Shown here piece by piece: positions 1 through 7,989 of a DNA stretch of 64,000 nt (positions are counted from its first letter, which is position 1; every line of letters starts with the position of its first letter). The position numbers and the translations under genes are program-made. The stretch is from a virus (Duplodnaviria; Caudoviricetes). The stretch is from IMG/VR virus record IMGVR_UViG_3300048854_000081, positions 1 through 64,000 of that record, one strand, 5' to 3'. The notes under the pieces are model-generated. The model was not told the origin of the DNA and did not search any database. It saw only the letters and a program-made list of their open reading frames with translations.

Positions 1-49
1 GCGTTTCGTTATATATCCGACATTATGTGAATGAAACGCCAAAGTTTCC

Positions 50-122
50 GGCCTGATAGTATAGATATTAGAATACCCACCCCGAGTGGGAGACTGTGGA
101 GAATAACCACATCAGGCCACCA
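50..122 (+). ncRNA. tRNA-like RNA with non-canonical T-loop (AGAAUAA)
   Basis: Acceptor GGCCTGA/TCAGGCC-A-CCA, D stem GTAT/ATAC, arm CCCAC-CCCGA-GTGGG, T arm TGTGG-AGAATAA-CCACA. Confidence 0.7.
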
Positions 123-128
123 GTTTTT

Positions 129-322
129 GGGAGCGTAGCTCAATAGGATGCATGTGTAAACCTTGTACAAGGTTAGGGCATGTTAGTGTCTATCGACGGA
201 AGTGAATGGCAGCAATTGTCGGTCTAGAACGATGGTTGAAGGATTTCATGAAAGACTTTAGAGATTAGAGCAACTTGTTAACTCAAGAAGTGTTGGTGGT
301 TCGATTCCATCCGCTCCTGCCA
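129..322 (+). ncRNA. tRNA-like RNA with ~120-nt D-loop insertion
   Basis: GGGAGCG-TA-GCTC...GAGC, T arm GGTGG-TTCGATT-CCATC, CGCTCCT-G-CCA; anticodon arm atypical (CTTG-TTAACT-CAAG). Confidence 0.75.
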
Positions 323-328
323 ATTTAG

Positions 329-407
329 GTCCCTTTCGTCTAATGTATCTAGGACGGTCCTCAAGCGCTGGGGACAAACGGTGGAGAATAACCATCAAGG
401 GACGCCA
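329..407 (+). ncRNA. tRNA-like RNA with non-canonical T-loop (AGAAUAA)
   Basis: GTCCCTT/AAGGGAC-G-CCA, arm GTCCTC-AAGCGCT-GGGGAC, T arm GGTGG-AGAATAA-CCATC. Confidence 0.7.
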
Positions 408-429
408 ATCATTCATTTAGGAGCGAATC

Positions 430-984
430 ATGCTTGTTAACGTACATCTTCACAAGTATCAAGGCGAACAGTTTGATGTGATTCGCGTGCAAAATAAAGA
501 TGATGCCGAATTCATTGATTTCCTTAACTGGAAAGTAGAAAAGAACAGAACCGCTCCGGAACAGACTGGTATTTACATCGATTATGGTTTAAACTTCAGT
601 AACGACATTATTGAACGTCTTCCTTATCAATTCGAATATCCTGTTTTAGGTGAAGTTACGGAATTCAAGTTCGATGACCGTAAGGAAGCTCAATCGTTTG
701 GTACCTTGAGTCCCTACGGCGTTTGTGATACAGTTGAACAGGTTCTTGAACACTACAAGAGTGATCTTGAAAATCCTGATCGTAAGTTTTGTATTAGCTT
801 TAACACTATCGTCAAGGCTGAACAGCCGGAAAGTGGTGGTTGGCGCTGGAATAAATGGGGTTCCTACATTGGCACGCATGATCGTCAGTGTGAGTATCTT
901 TACGATGAATAAGGAATTGAACAGGTGATGGTCTATCATCTGTATGAGATTCCTGATCATCTTGGTTATGTCAGTTTAATTTAA
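430..984 (+). pseudogene. phage hypothetical protein with in-frame TAA at 910-912
   Basis: ORF 430..912; the same frame continues GIEQVMVYHLYEIPDHLGYVSLI to TAA 984. Confidence 0.55.
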
Positions 985-988
985 AGTT

Positions 989-1095
989 TTGAACGAAGGG
1001 TGCAGGCTGATGCACTGGGAGGACCACTGTGGTAGTCATGGTCATGACATGATGTAACCACTCAAGCCGGAAGATGTCAGTACCGGCTCGTTCAA
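989..1095 (+). ncRNA. structured ncRNA, unknown class
   Basis: Closing stem TTGAACGA/TCGTTCAA, hairpins GTGCA/TGCAC and GCCGG/CCGGC, within tRNA cluster. Confidence 0.6.
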
Positions 1096-1109
1096 TTAGT
1101 TTTAGTATT

Positions 1110-1267
1110 TGGTAATATGGTGTAAGTAAACGACTACAGACCGTCAGATTTGGCGAAAGCTGATAAACCGTCTTGCCTTTGGATAGTAATCATATAATCA
1201 TCTAGTATGGTGAAACGATTGGCATTAGAATCACGGCAGTTGACAGAACAGTACTACCATGTTATCA
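1110..1267 (+). ncRNA. structured ncRNA, unknown class
   Basis: 12-bp closing stem TGGTAATATGGT/ACCATGTTATCA, no ORF. Confidence 0.5.
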
Positions 1268-1281
1268 TTTACTAGATGAGT

Positions 1282-1405
1282 TTAAAAAGATAAATATTTT
1301 CGGCAGGTTAGCTCTAGCGGCCGTTAAAGCACTGTCAGGAACCTACCCCGCGAAGGTAGGCTTTCGGCGAACTGATAAAAAGCCAGAAAATATTTTTCTT
1401 TTTAA
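1282..1405 (+). ncRNA. structured ncRNA with long AU-rich closing stem
   Basis: TTAAAAAGATAAATATTTTC/GAAAATATTTTTCTTTTTAA enclosing GC-rich hairpins such as CCTACC/GGTAGG. Confidence 0.5.
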
Positions 1406-1409
1406 TTCT

Positions 1410-1417
1410 TATAAATA
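1410..1417 (+). promoter_or_regulatory. T4-type late promoter-like box TATAAATA
   Basis: Exact TATAAATA just upstream of tRNA genes; also at 17362. Confidence 0.5.
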
Positions 1418-1434
1418 GTTTTGTAACACTATCT

Positions 1435-1509
1435 CAGGGTGTGGTTCATTGGTTGATCCGCGTGTTTGGAACGCGATGCAAGGGGGTTCGATTCCCTCCA
1501 TCCTGACCA
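1435..1509 (+). tRNA. tRNA-Pro(TGG), atypical (A37, weak D stem)
   Basis: C1:G72, A73, loop TTTGGAA, T arm GGGGG-TTCGATT-CCCTC, CCA. Confidence 0.7.
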
Positions 1510-1517
1510 TTTTTTAA

Positions 1518-1610
1518 GGTGAGACTACCGTATTGGTGAACGGCACTGCTTCGAAAGCAGTTTGATCCCTGAAAAGGGGTTTGGGGGTTCGAATCCCTCT
1601 CTCACCGCCA
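1518..1610 (+). tRNA. tRNA-Ser(CGA)
   Basis: ACTGC-TTCGAAA-GCAGT, long variable arm, G73, CCA. Confidence 0.9.
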
Positions 1611-1620
1611 GTTTAATTAA

Positions 1621-1717
1621 GGAAGTATGGCCGAGTCTGGCTTATGGCACCTGCCTTGAAAGCAGGCGGCCCGCGTAAAAAACGGGTCCGTGGGTTCAAA
1701 TCCTACTACTTCCGCCA
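1621..1717 (+). tRNA. tRNA-Ser(TGA)
   Basis: CCTGC-CTTGAAA-GCAGG, long variable arm, G73, CCA. Confidence 0.93.
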
Positions 1718-1808
1718 TTTCCCTGTCCACGTTCATCCTGAACGAAGTTGACACCAATTCCATTTAACATCATACTATCCCTCTTATCCATAAAGGTAGT
1801 CTATAGAC

Positions 1809-2798
1809 ATGTCTAACGAATTTAGAGATACAGAAGAGGATTTCACCCCGGATGCGTTTAAGCGTATTAGAGAACTGGGTGGAGCACTCAAGAATCACAT
1901 TCGTAAAATAGTTGAGGATCGATCAATCGTTCTCACGGGTGATACTGATCACATGTCTATTGATTACATTATCAATAATGAATTGAAAAATATCGATGAG
2001 CCAAGGAAGTATGATTTTGAGCCCAAGAATGTCCATGAACAGGACTTGCTTCGTTCTCTTCAGAGAATCATTCCAGATATTTTCATTCCAGAAAATATTG
2101 AGAGCTTGGAGCGAGCTATCCGTGGTGAAGAAGAGTTTCACGTAAGGGGTGGTTACGAATCCAGATGTTACGATTGTGCCAAGACGCTTAACCTCGCATT
2201 TAAGGGCAACAAGGTCCACATTTTCGGTGATGCGAAATGTGAGCACAACAATAAGTTTACTGTAGAAATTGATTTCCCTTCTGGTGAGGTCGTCTTTGAT
2301 GACTGGCCTGATCGCTTCTCAGAAGCCGCTAAGGCGGGTTTGTTCAACGATAAGGATAAGGAGTCGATCAATTACCTGCGCGGTCAACGTAAGCGTACTG
2401 ATGGCTATGCAGCACAGGGTATCTTCCACCATTGTGTAGGTAACACAAGCCCAAGACTTTTTTATGGTAATAAGACCGCACAGATTCAGATTGGTGGCGG
2501 TACGTACAATGAAAAGACTGGCAAGACGACTGTCAAGGGATTGAAGAAGGTTGGCGAGTTTTGTACCGATTTGTGGTGGGTTACCATGATCGATAAACAG
2601 GCATACGAAGCGATGATCGCCAAGTTGCCTGTAGAACGTGACAAGGGCTATTACAAGAAGAAGCTTGAGGTTGCTACGATTAAGCCCGGTCGTTATCGCT
2701 TCACTTGTATGTCGCCAACCGGTAACAATGGCGAAGATGAATATGGCTTTACTTACGCAACTGCTGAATGGATAGGTGAAGTTGACTCTACAAAATAA
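1809..2798 (+). CDS. hypothetical protein (329 aa)
   Basis: Long ORF after TTGACA/TACTAT promoter. Confidence 0.85.
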   Translation: MSNEFRDTEEDFTPDAFKRIRELGGALKNHIRKIVEDRSIVLTGDTDHMSIDYIINNELKNIDEPRKYDFEPKNVHEQDLLRSLQRIIPDIFIPENIESLERAIRGEEEFHVRGGYESRCYDCAKTLNLAFKGNKVHIFGDAKCEHNNKFTVEIDFPSGEVVFDDWPDRFSEAAKAGLFNDKDKESINYLRGQRKRTDGYAAQGIFHHCVGNTSPRLFYGNKTAQIQIGGGTYNEKTGKTTVKGLKKVGEFCTDLWWVTMIDKQAYEAMIAKLPVERDKGYYKKKLEVATIKPGRYRFTCMSPTGNNGEDEYGFTYATAEWIGEVDSTK

Positions 2799-2814
2799 TT
2801 CAGATAGAATGGGA

Positions 2815-2940
2815 TTGTACAATCGATGCTGTGGCGTAAGCATCCCTTACCGAGGCTGAAGACGGTTCGATTCCGTTGAAAGACTGGCTGCTACGTAAGT
2901 CCATATAGGGGTCTGTGGTTCGAATCCACATTGTGCAACA
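2815..2940 (+). ncRNA. tRNA-like RNA with two T-arms
   Basis: TTGTACAA/TTGTGCAA closing stem; ACGG-TTCGATT-CCGT and TGTGG-TTCGAAT-CCACA. Confidence 0.65.
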
Positions 2941-3056
2941 TTTTACTTGACGATTTGAGGGCATATGGATATACTATTGTTTCTATGTTGTCCTCTAGTT
3001 GGCTTAACATACTGTATTATTTGTATGAATAAGAAAAACAATTCTTGAGATATATA

Positions 3057-3218
3057 ATGGATAATGAAGAAGGTTGTGAACATGAAAATTGTGAAGATAT
3101 TAGTCTCCACAAATGTAAGTGTAACGATTGTGGAGAAATTTTTTACTACTCCAAGGCTGCTAAAGATTACTATGTGAATGGTGATCTAAGTGCAACAGAT
3201 ATTTTATTCACTAAATAG
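3057..3218 (+). CDS. small Cys-rich protein (53 aa, not in ORF track)
   Basis: MDNEEGCEHENC...CKCNDCGE..., ends TAG. Confidence 0.65.
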   Translation: MDNEEGCEHENCEDISLHKCKCNDCGEIFYYSKAAKDYYVNGDLSATDILFTK

Positions 3219-3232
3219 TTTAGCAAGTTTAT

Positions 3233-3305
3233 TGCGGGGAGCTAAGTGTGACCAAGCCTCATAAGCTTCGGGACTAAAATGGTGCGATTCCAAACCCCGC
3301 TTCCA
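3233..3305 (+). tRNA. degenerate tRNA-Met(CAT)-like
   Basis: AAGC-CTCATAA-GCTT, GCGGGG/CCCCGC, CCA; D and T arms reduced. Confidence 0.5.
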
Positions 3306-3401
3306 TACAAAAACCTACCTCTCATGGGTGGGTTTTTTATTGACTTGACTTTCACCATACTGACATGTAACATATTTCACATCGTCACTTGAGTAACCAT
3401 C

Positions 3402-3632
3402 ATGACTACCAAAATTCCTGAAGCAAGTATCGAACTTCTCCGACTTGAGCGGTACGCTATTCGTATGCAGTTGGAAGAAAATAGTAAGGCTCAGGATAAG
3501 GCTTATCGAATTGAAAACTTCGAATCCTACCAGAAAGTGTATAATGAATTGCGTTCGGAGGCACAGTTGCTTCGGGTTCGGGTTAATACGCTTTCTCTGA
3601 TGATTGAACTGTACGAGAATGATCGTGGCTAA
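3402..3632 (+). CDS. hypothetical coiled-coil protein
   Basis: ORF co-directional with block. Confidence 0.7.
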   Translation: MTTKIPEASIELLRLERYAIRMQLEENSKAQDKAYRIENFESYQKVYNELRSEAQLLRVRVNTLSLMIELYENDRG

Positions 3633-3945
3633 GGTCATTCCATTCGACATGTACCGAGAGGGTAAGTATTTCGGTTATCCCGAGTGCTGCACGAATGCCC
3701 TTCGCAACCATGAACTGACCTTTGGTGAGAGTGCATTCACGGGTAGTGGATATATCCCCTGTGATACGTGCGCCAAAAAGCCTTACGATGAACTGGTAGC
3801 CGAGATTCAGAGGAATCGTGTCTGCTCTATCCCGTTCCCCAATGGCTCGGGTCTTGACCCTGAGACTCGTAAGTTTACTGAAGAATTTTATGTGTTCATG
3901 GGTGGTATTGACACTCACGCCGAGGTTACTAATGAAGATATCTGA
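3625..3945 (+). CDS. Cys-rich GYPxCC protein, paralog 1
   Basis: FGYPECC...PCDTCAKKPYDEL...RVC..PFPNG. Confidence 0.8.
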   Translation: MAKVIPFDMYREGKYFGYPECCTNALRNHELTFGESAFTGSGYIPCDTCAKKPYDELVAEIQRNRVCSIPFPNGSGLDPETRKFTEEFYVFMGGIDTHAEVTNEDI

Positions 3946-4144
3946 AATTATTAAGGAACTGACTGAGTGTAAAGAACTGGTTGGTGATATTGAAGTTACC
4001 TTTTGGAAAGGTGGTGAGAAGCCTATTTCTGTTAAAGATATGTGGATTCAGTTTCACTTCGCTGATCAAAATGAACCGCCTTTTGTTGCTCTGTGTAACA
4101 CGGAGAACGAGAAGCAAGTTGACCTCTTCAGGAGTTGGGTGTAA
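3932..4144 (+). CDS. hypothetical protein
   Basis: MKISEIIKEL start overlapping previous gene end. Confidence 0.65.
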   Translation: MKISEIIKELTECKELVGDIEVTFWKGGEKPISVKDMWIQFHFADQNEPPFVALCNTENEKQVDLFRSWV

Positions 4145-4467
4145 TGGTAATGGTTCGTATCGATCCCTCCGACATGTATAGTAGTATGGGAGCATTCTTC
4201 GGATATCCTAAGTGCTGTATTGACGCACTTTTTGACTGGGATAAGAAGAGTAGCCATTCAGAATTTCATGGGACAGGTTTCGTTCCGTGTAAGGAATGTG
4301 CTAAGAAACCTTATGATGAACTTCTTGCTGAAATACAGAGTAACCGCGTCTGTAAGACACCATTTCCTAACGGTACGTCTGTTGGTAGACGTGGACCGGA
4401 CGATGATTACGCACCCTTTACTACTGAATATTTGGATTATCTTGCTGGGTTGACCGAAAATGAATGA
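4135..4467 (+). CDS. Cys-rich GYPxCC protein, paralog 2
   Basis: FGYPKCC...PCKECAKKPYDEL...RVC..PFPNG. Confidence 0.8.
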   Translation: MGVMVMVRIDPSDMYSSMGAFFGYPKCCIDALFDWDKKSSHSEFHGTGFVPCKECAKKPYDELLAEIQSNRVCKTPFPNGTSVGRRGPDDDYAPFTTEYLDYLAGLTENE

Positions 4468-4765
4468 AGAGAAGAAAAAGAAGCCACGCAAGCCTGTCGA
4501 TATTCGAAAGGCGACTAACCGTGCCCTGACCGATGTCAAAATCTTCAAGGCAATGACGGGTACCATTCATGAGAGATTTGCTACAGCCATGCATTACGGT
4601 ATGTCTCTGATAACTGACGAATGGAATGCATGTTTCAAGCTTCTTAACGAATTGATCGCCAGATGGCCGGAACAATCTGAAGAGACCGAAGAGAATCGTG
4701 CTCGATTGCTCACATGGCTGATCGAGGAATCTCGTAAGGATGATTTTGTCGAACAGTTGACATAA
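4460..4765 (+). CDS. hypothetical protein
   Basis: ORF track, coupled to neighbours. Confidence 0.7.
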   Translation: MNEEKKKKPRKPVDIRKATNRALTDVKIFKAMTGTIHERFATAMHYGMSLITDEWNACFKLLNELIARWPEQSEETEENRARLLTWLIEESRKDDFVEQLT

Positions 4766-4811
4766 GTCAACCATCGATGTAATATATTTCACATCGAAAC
4801 CGGAGAATCAC

Positions 4812-5126
4812 GTGACCATTCCTATTATCAATTTCGTAGATTCCAACCATTGTAAGCTTACAGTGAATGAAAAGCGTATCGAACTGAAGATTTCAACAAA
4901 GCTTACCGGCATTGAAATGGCTCGGGTTGAGAAGTTTTTGGTTGCTGTAGGTAAAGACCTACAGGAATCCAATTTAGGTATGACCTATCGTGGGAGCATC
5001 CCCAATCGTGCCTTGCTTGAGAACGATAGCATTTTGATCGGAATGCATGATGGTGAGAAGAGAATCTTCTTCAACTATTTTGAACGTAATGGTGGTAAGT
5101 ACGTTCCTCCAAAGCCGAAAAGTTGA
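4812..5126 (+). CDS. hypothetical protein
   Basis: GGAG SD, GTG start. Confidence 0.7.
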   Translation: MTIPIINFVDSNHCKLTVNEKRIELKISTKLTGIEMARVEKFLVAVGKDLQESNLGMTYRGSIPNRALLENDSILIGMHDGEKRIFFNYFERNGGKYVPPKPKS

Positions 5127-5181
5127 CTTGTAAAACAAAACAAGATAGCATATTACTTCTCAACCAATAGAGATTACTCCC

Positions 5182-5382
5182 ATGTCCCTGAAAGTCGGTG
5201 ATGTCGTTCAACTCAAAGCAGATGTCCGCCGTCCTATCGTTCCTGAGGGTCGTGAGGACAACAAAACCGCAACCATTCGTGCTCTGCTTGAGCATGGTGG
5301 CCTGTTCCTCAATCGTGACCTCCATGGTATGAAGTGGTGGAACGTGCAGGATGTAGAAATCGCAAAGAATAAGGATAAGTAA
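5182..5382 (+). CDS. small SH3/KOW-like protein
   Basis: LKVGDVVQLK N-terminus. Confidence 0.65.
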   Translation: MSLKVGDVVQLKADVRRPIVPEGREDNKTATIRALLEHGGLFLNRDLHGMKWWNVQDVEIAKNKDK

Positions 5383-5660
5383 TGGGAACTCTAACAGCTA
5401 TTGCAATTCTTGGAGCTTACGGAAGTATCGTTGGTCTGAGTCTCTTCTTGATTGGCTCTGCCATCTATCAGATTTATAATGGAATCGGGGGCTGGGGATT
5501 CGATATGGCAACCGGTCTTATTTTGGTATTCTTTAACGTTATCATCACCATGGCTGCACATGACGAATACAAGAAGCAGCAAGCACATCCCTGCATCGAA
5601 TGGAAACAAACTTATGATGTCGGTGGTATCGATCCAGTTTGTATCAAACGTAAGCCATAA
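5382..5660 (+). CDS. membrane protein
   Basis: Two hydrophobic segments. Confidence 0.7.
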   Translation: MGTLTAIAILGAYGSIVGLSLFLIGSAIYQIYNGIGGWGFDMATGLILVFFNVIITMAAHDEYKKQQAHPCIEWKQTYDVGGIDPVCIKRKP

Positions 5661-5668
5661 GGATTCTT

Positions 5669-6040
5669 ATGAAAATGAAATTCTCAGCTAAACGTAAGCG
5701 ATGCGAACAGTGCGACGGTACTGGTGAAGGTTCATCCGTAGGATGCAGCTTTAAGGCTCACTGTGACGGTTGCAACGGCAAAGGCTCCATCCCTCTGGTG
5801 GATGTCGAAGCATTGCGTAAGGAACTGATCATGGCCCCTAAGAAGGCTGTCTTCAGCTTTACCCGCGATGAGCTAATGAGTATGATTGGTGAAACCGATG
5901 GACTGGTGACTTCTATCGAAGAACTTGTTCCCAATTGGCAGACAGATGGTATTATGATTGACGGTAAGGTCTGCTCTAAGGAATTGGATACTCTTCTGAA
6001 GAAGTATCACTATCGTAATGGCTTCCCACAATCAAATTAA
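5669..6040 (+). CDS. DnaJ-type zinc-finger protein
   Basis: CEQCDGTG and CDGCNGKG motifs. Confidence 0.7.
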   Translation: MKMKFSAKRKRCEQCDGTGEGSSVGCSFKAHCDGCNGKGSIPLVDVEALRKELIMAPKKAVFSFTRDELMSMIGETDGLVTSIEELVPNWQTDGIMIDGKVCSKELDTLLKKYHYRNGFPQSN

Positions 6041-6051
6041 GGATTAACGTC

Positions 6052-6222
6052 ATGCATCTATGGGTAATGGTTATTGTAATGCAATTCGGTGTAGGCTATC
6101 ATAACGCCATGACCAGTCAGACCATTAGCGGCTTCGAATCGAAAGAAGCTTGCCTATCACAACTTGAGTTTGTACGTGACAGAAATTCCACGTATGATGC
6201 CTACTGTATTTCCGTAAAGTAA
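6052..6222 (+). CDS. small exported protein (56 aa, not in track)
   Basis: MHLWVMVIV...FESKEAC...AYCISVK, AAGGA SD. Confidence 0.65.
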   Translation: MHLWVMVIVMQFGVGYHNAMTSQTISGFESKEACLSQLEFVRDRNSTYDAYCISVK

Positions 6223-6231
6223 GGATTAATT

Positions 6232-6705
6232 ATGAATTACGATAACAATCAAATTAAGCAGTTTGCGGAATGGGCTGCAAATACGGCCAATGGTTTTCCT
6301 AAGCTAAACTCTATCAATGAGCCTTGGACGGCTCTCAAGGAAATGCTAGAGGAACTACATGCTCGCCGTGTGAATGAGCTTTCTCCTGAGATTCGTTGGT
6401 GCATCGGTAATACGGTGTATGGTCGCCCAAGCGCGGTCGATCTTCTTGAAAGAGCCGAACGGGTCATTCGGGAGACGGGAGACGAATTGGATTATTCTAT
6501 TGATACTCGCCTGCCGGACTTACATTCGGTAAGGAAGCTATTCGTTACGGAAACATCCGAGGAACCGGTGATCACTCAGAAGATGATCAATGAAGCATCT
6601 GACATTTACGATAAGGTAAATGCCAAGAACCAAGCATGTGATCCGGATGCCATCGTAGCCGTTCTGTTGTATGCTTTCCGAGACGCTAAGGGCAACCAAG
6701 CATGA
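6232..6705 (+). CDS. hypothetical protein
   Basis: AAGGA SD, ORF track. Confidence 0.75.
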   Translation: MNYDNNQIKQFAEWAANTANGFPKLNSINEPWTALKEMLEELHARRVNELSPEIRWCIGNTVYGRPSAVDLLERAERVIRETGDELDYSIDTRLPDLHSVRKLFVTETSEEPVITQKMINEASDIYDKVNAKNQACDPDAIVAVLLYAFRDAKGNQA

Positions 6706-7403
6706 TCGTCAGTCCTAAATTTGATAACCTTATTGATCGATTGAACAATAAGGTTTCCATGTCCAAGACACCAGTTCCCGGCTTCATCATGGGTCTGTCT
6801 GGTACTGATTCTATCGTAACGTTTATTCTACTGTATGAAACCATGCGTCTACGTGGCGAATTGTCAGCGCAGCGTGTTCGTGGTGATCATTATGTAGAAG
6901 GTATCAATCCCGGCTGGTTTCAAACTAAGGTTATTCCTTGGCTTCGTAAACGTTGCCCTGATGCTAACATTAATGTTAGATATACTTTGACCGGTATCAA
7001 CGATGACGAATCTCGCTGGGCAACGTTGACACGAGAAGCTAATAATGGTAACTACTGGATCGCATCAGCCGTTAATTGTACTGAAAAGAATCTTGGTACC
7101 TATTCCATTGTTAACAAAAGTGCGTCCATCTGGCCGATTGGTAACGTTTGGAAGACAGACGTTATGGAACACTGCAAGATGCTAAGCGTACCCAAGGTTG
7201 CTATGGATATGGCTCGCCTTCCTGATTGTCTGTGTGGTCGTGATGAACTTGCCGCAGAGAACCTTGAATTAATTGATGAAATCCTTCAGTATAGGGTCGA
7301 TCCGACGAAGTATGATCCTGAGCTTCTTAAGAAGATGATCGAATATGTGAAGGATACCAAGGACTTGTACGGATTTAAGGATCGTACACCCTACTTGGTG
7401 TAA
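6702..7403 (+). CDS. NAD+ synthetase (NadE)-like PP-loop ATP pyrophosphatase
   Basis: GLSGTDS PP-loop; NCTE..LGTY...PIGNVWKTDV matches the NadE pattern NxSE..xGY...PIGDLxKTQV. Confidence 0.7.
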   Translation: MIVSPKFDNLIDRLNNKVSMSKTPVPGFIMGLSGTDSIVTFILLYETMRLRGELSAQRVRGDHYVEGINPGWFQTKVIPWLRKRCPDANINVRYTLTGINDDESRWATLTREANNGNYWIASAVNCTEKNLGTYSIVNKSASIWPIGNVWKTDVMEHCKMLSVPKVAMDMARLPDCLCGRDELAAENLELIDEILQYRVDPTKYDPELLKKMIEYVKDTKDLYGFKDRTPYLV

Positions 7404-7416
7404 TATCGTCCTGTAC

Positions 7417-7728
7417 ATGCTGGGGAGTGATATGACATACTTAGGCTATGTGATCATTGCGTTATACATTCTTTTAGGAATCATCATCCATTACATTTAC
7501 CTGAAGGATCGTCATGAAATTCTTAACGATCCGGATGTTAAAGAGACATGGATGAAGAGTGAGTTGCAATTCCACTGCACCAAGGAACGTATTGAACATT
7601 TGCTTAAGACGTTTGCAGACATTGCAGGTTTCGTGGTAGCATTACTTTGGCCGTTTTTTCTGCCGTATTTCATTTACGCAGAGATTCGGGATAAAACCAA
7701 AGAGTACGAAGACAAAGATAAACGTTAG
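7417..7728 (+). CDS. membrane protein
   Basis: Two TM segments, LLWP motif; ends TAG. Confidence 0.7.
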   Translation: MLGSDMTYLGYVIIALYILLGIIIHYIYLKDRHEILNDPDVKETWMKSELQFHCTKERIEHLLKTFADIAGFVVALLWPFFLPYFIYAEIRDKTKEYEDKDKR

Positions 7729-7839
7729 CTCTGTGATAGCTAGGGGACTACCCCGAAAAGATTAGCGGTGCGAGTCCGCTCTAGGGCATAGTGCCAACCC
7801 TGCAAATAGACTATGCGGGTGCAAATCCCGTCAGAGAGT
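7729..7839 (+). ncRNA. tRNA-like RNA with two T-arms
   Basis: CTCTGTG/CAGAGAG; AGCGG-TGCGAGT-CCGCT and GCGGG-TGCAAAT-CCCGT. Confidence 0.6.
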
Positions 7840-7842
7840 GTT

Positions 7843-7982
7843 TTAGAGAGCCGGGTAGCAATGGGTGCCAGTGAGTCCCAGTGTAGGTATGACTGAAGCG
7901 ATGGACGATATCTGAGGTGGGTTCGACTCCCACATTACATCGTCAATGTGGGAGGTTCGACACCTCCGCTCGGTCTCTCTAA
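7843..7982 (+). ncRNA. tRNA-like RNA with two T-arms
   Basis: Closing stem TTAGAGAGCCGGG/CTCGGTCTCTCTAA; GTGGG-TTCGACT-CCCAC and GGAGG-TTCGACA-CCTCC. Confidence 0.65.
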
Positions 7983-7989
7983 TGTTTTG

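Noticed and set aside
1-41. Hairpin ending in CCA (minihelix-like)
   Set aside because: It lies at the window edge, so its context is missing.
129-322. Ochre suppressor explaining the TAA at 910
   Set aside because: The loop TTAACT is 6 nt and TTA is not in anticodon register.
1110-1267. Minimal RNase P RNA (GACAGAAC near the 3' end)
   Set aside because: No GAGGAAAGTCC-like region or P4 complement was found.
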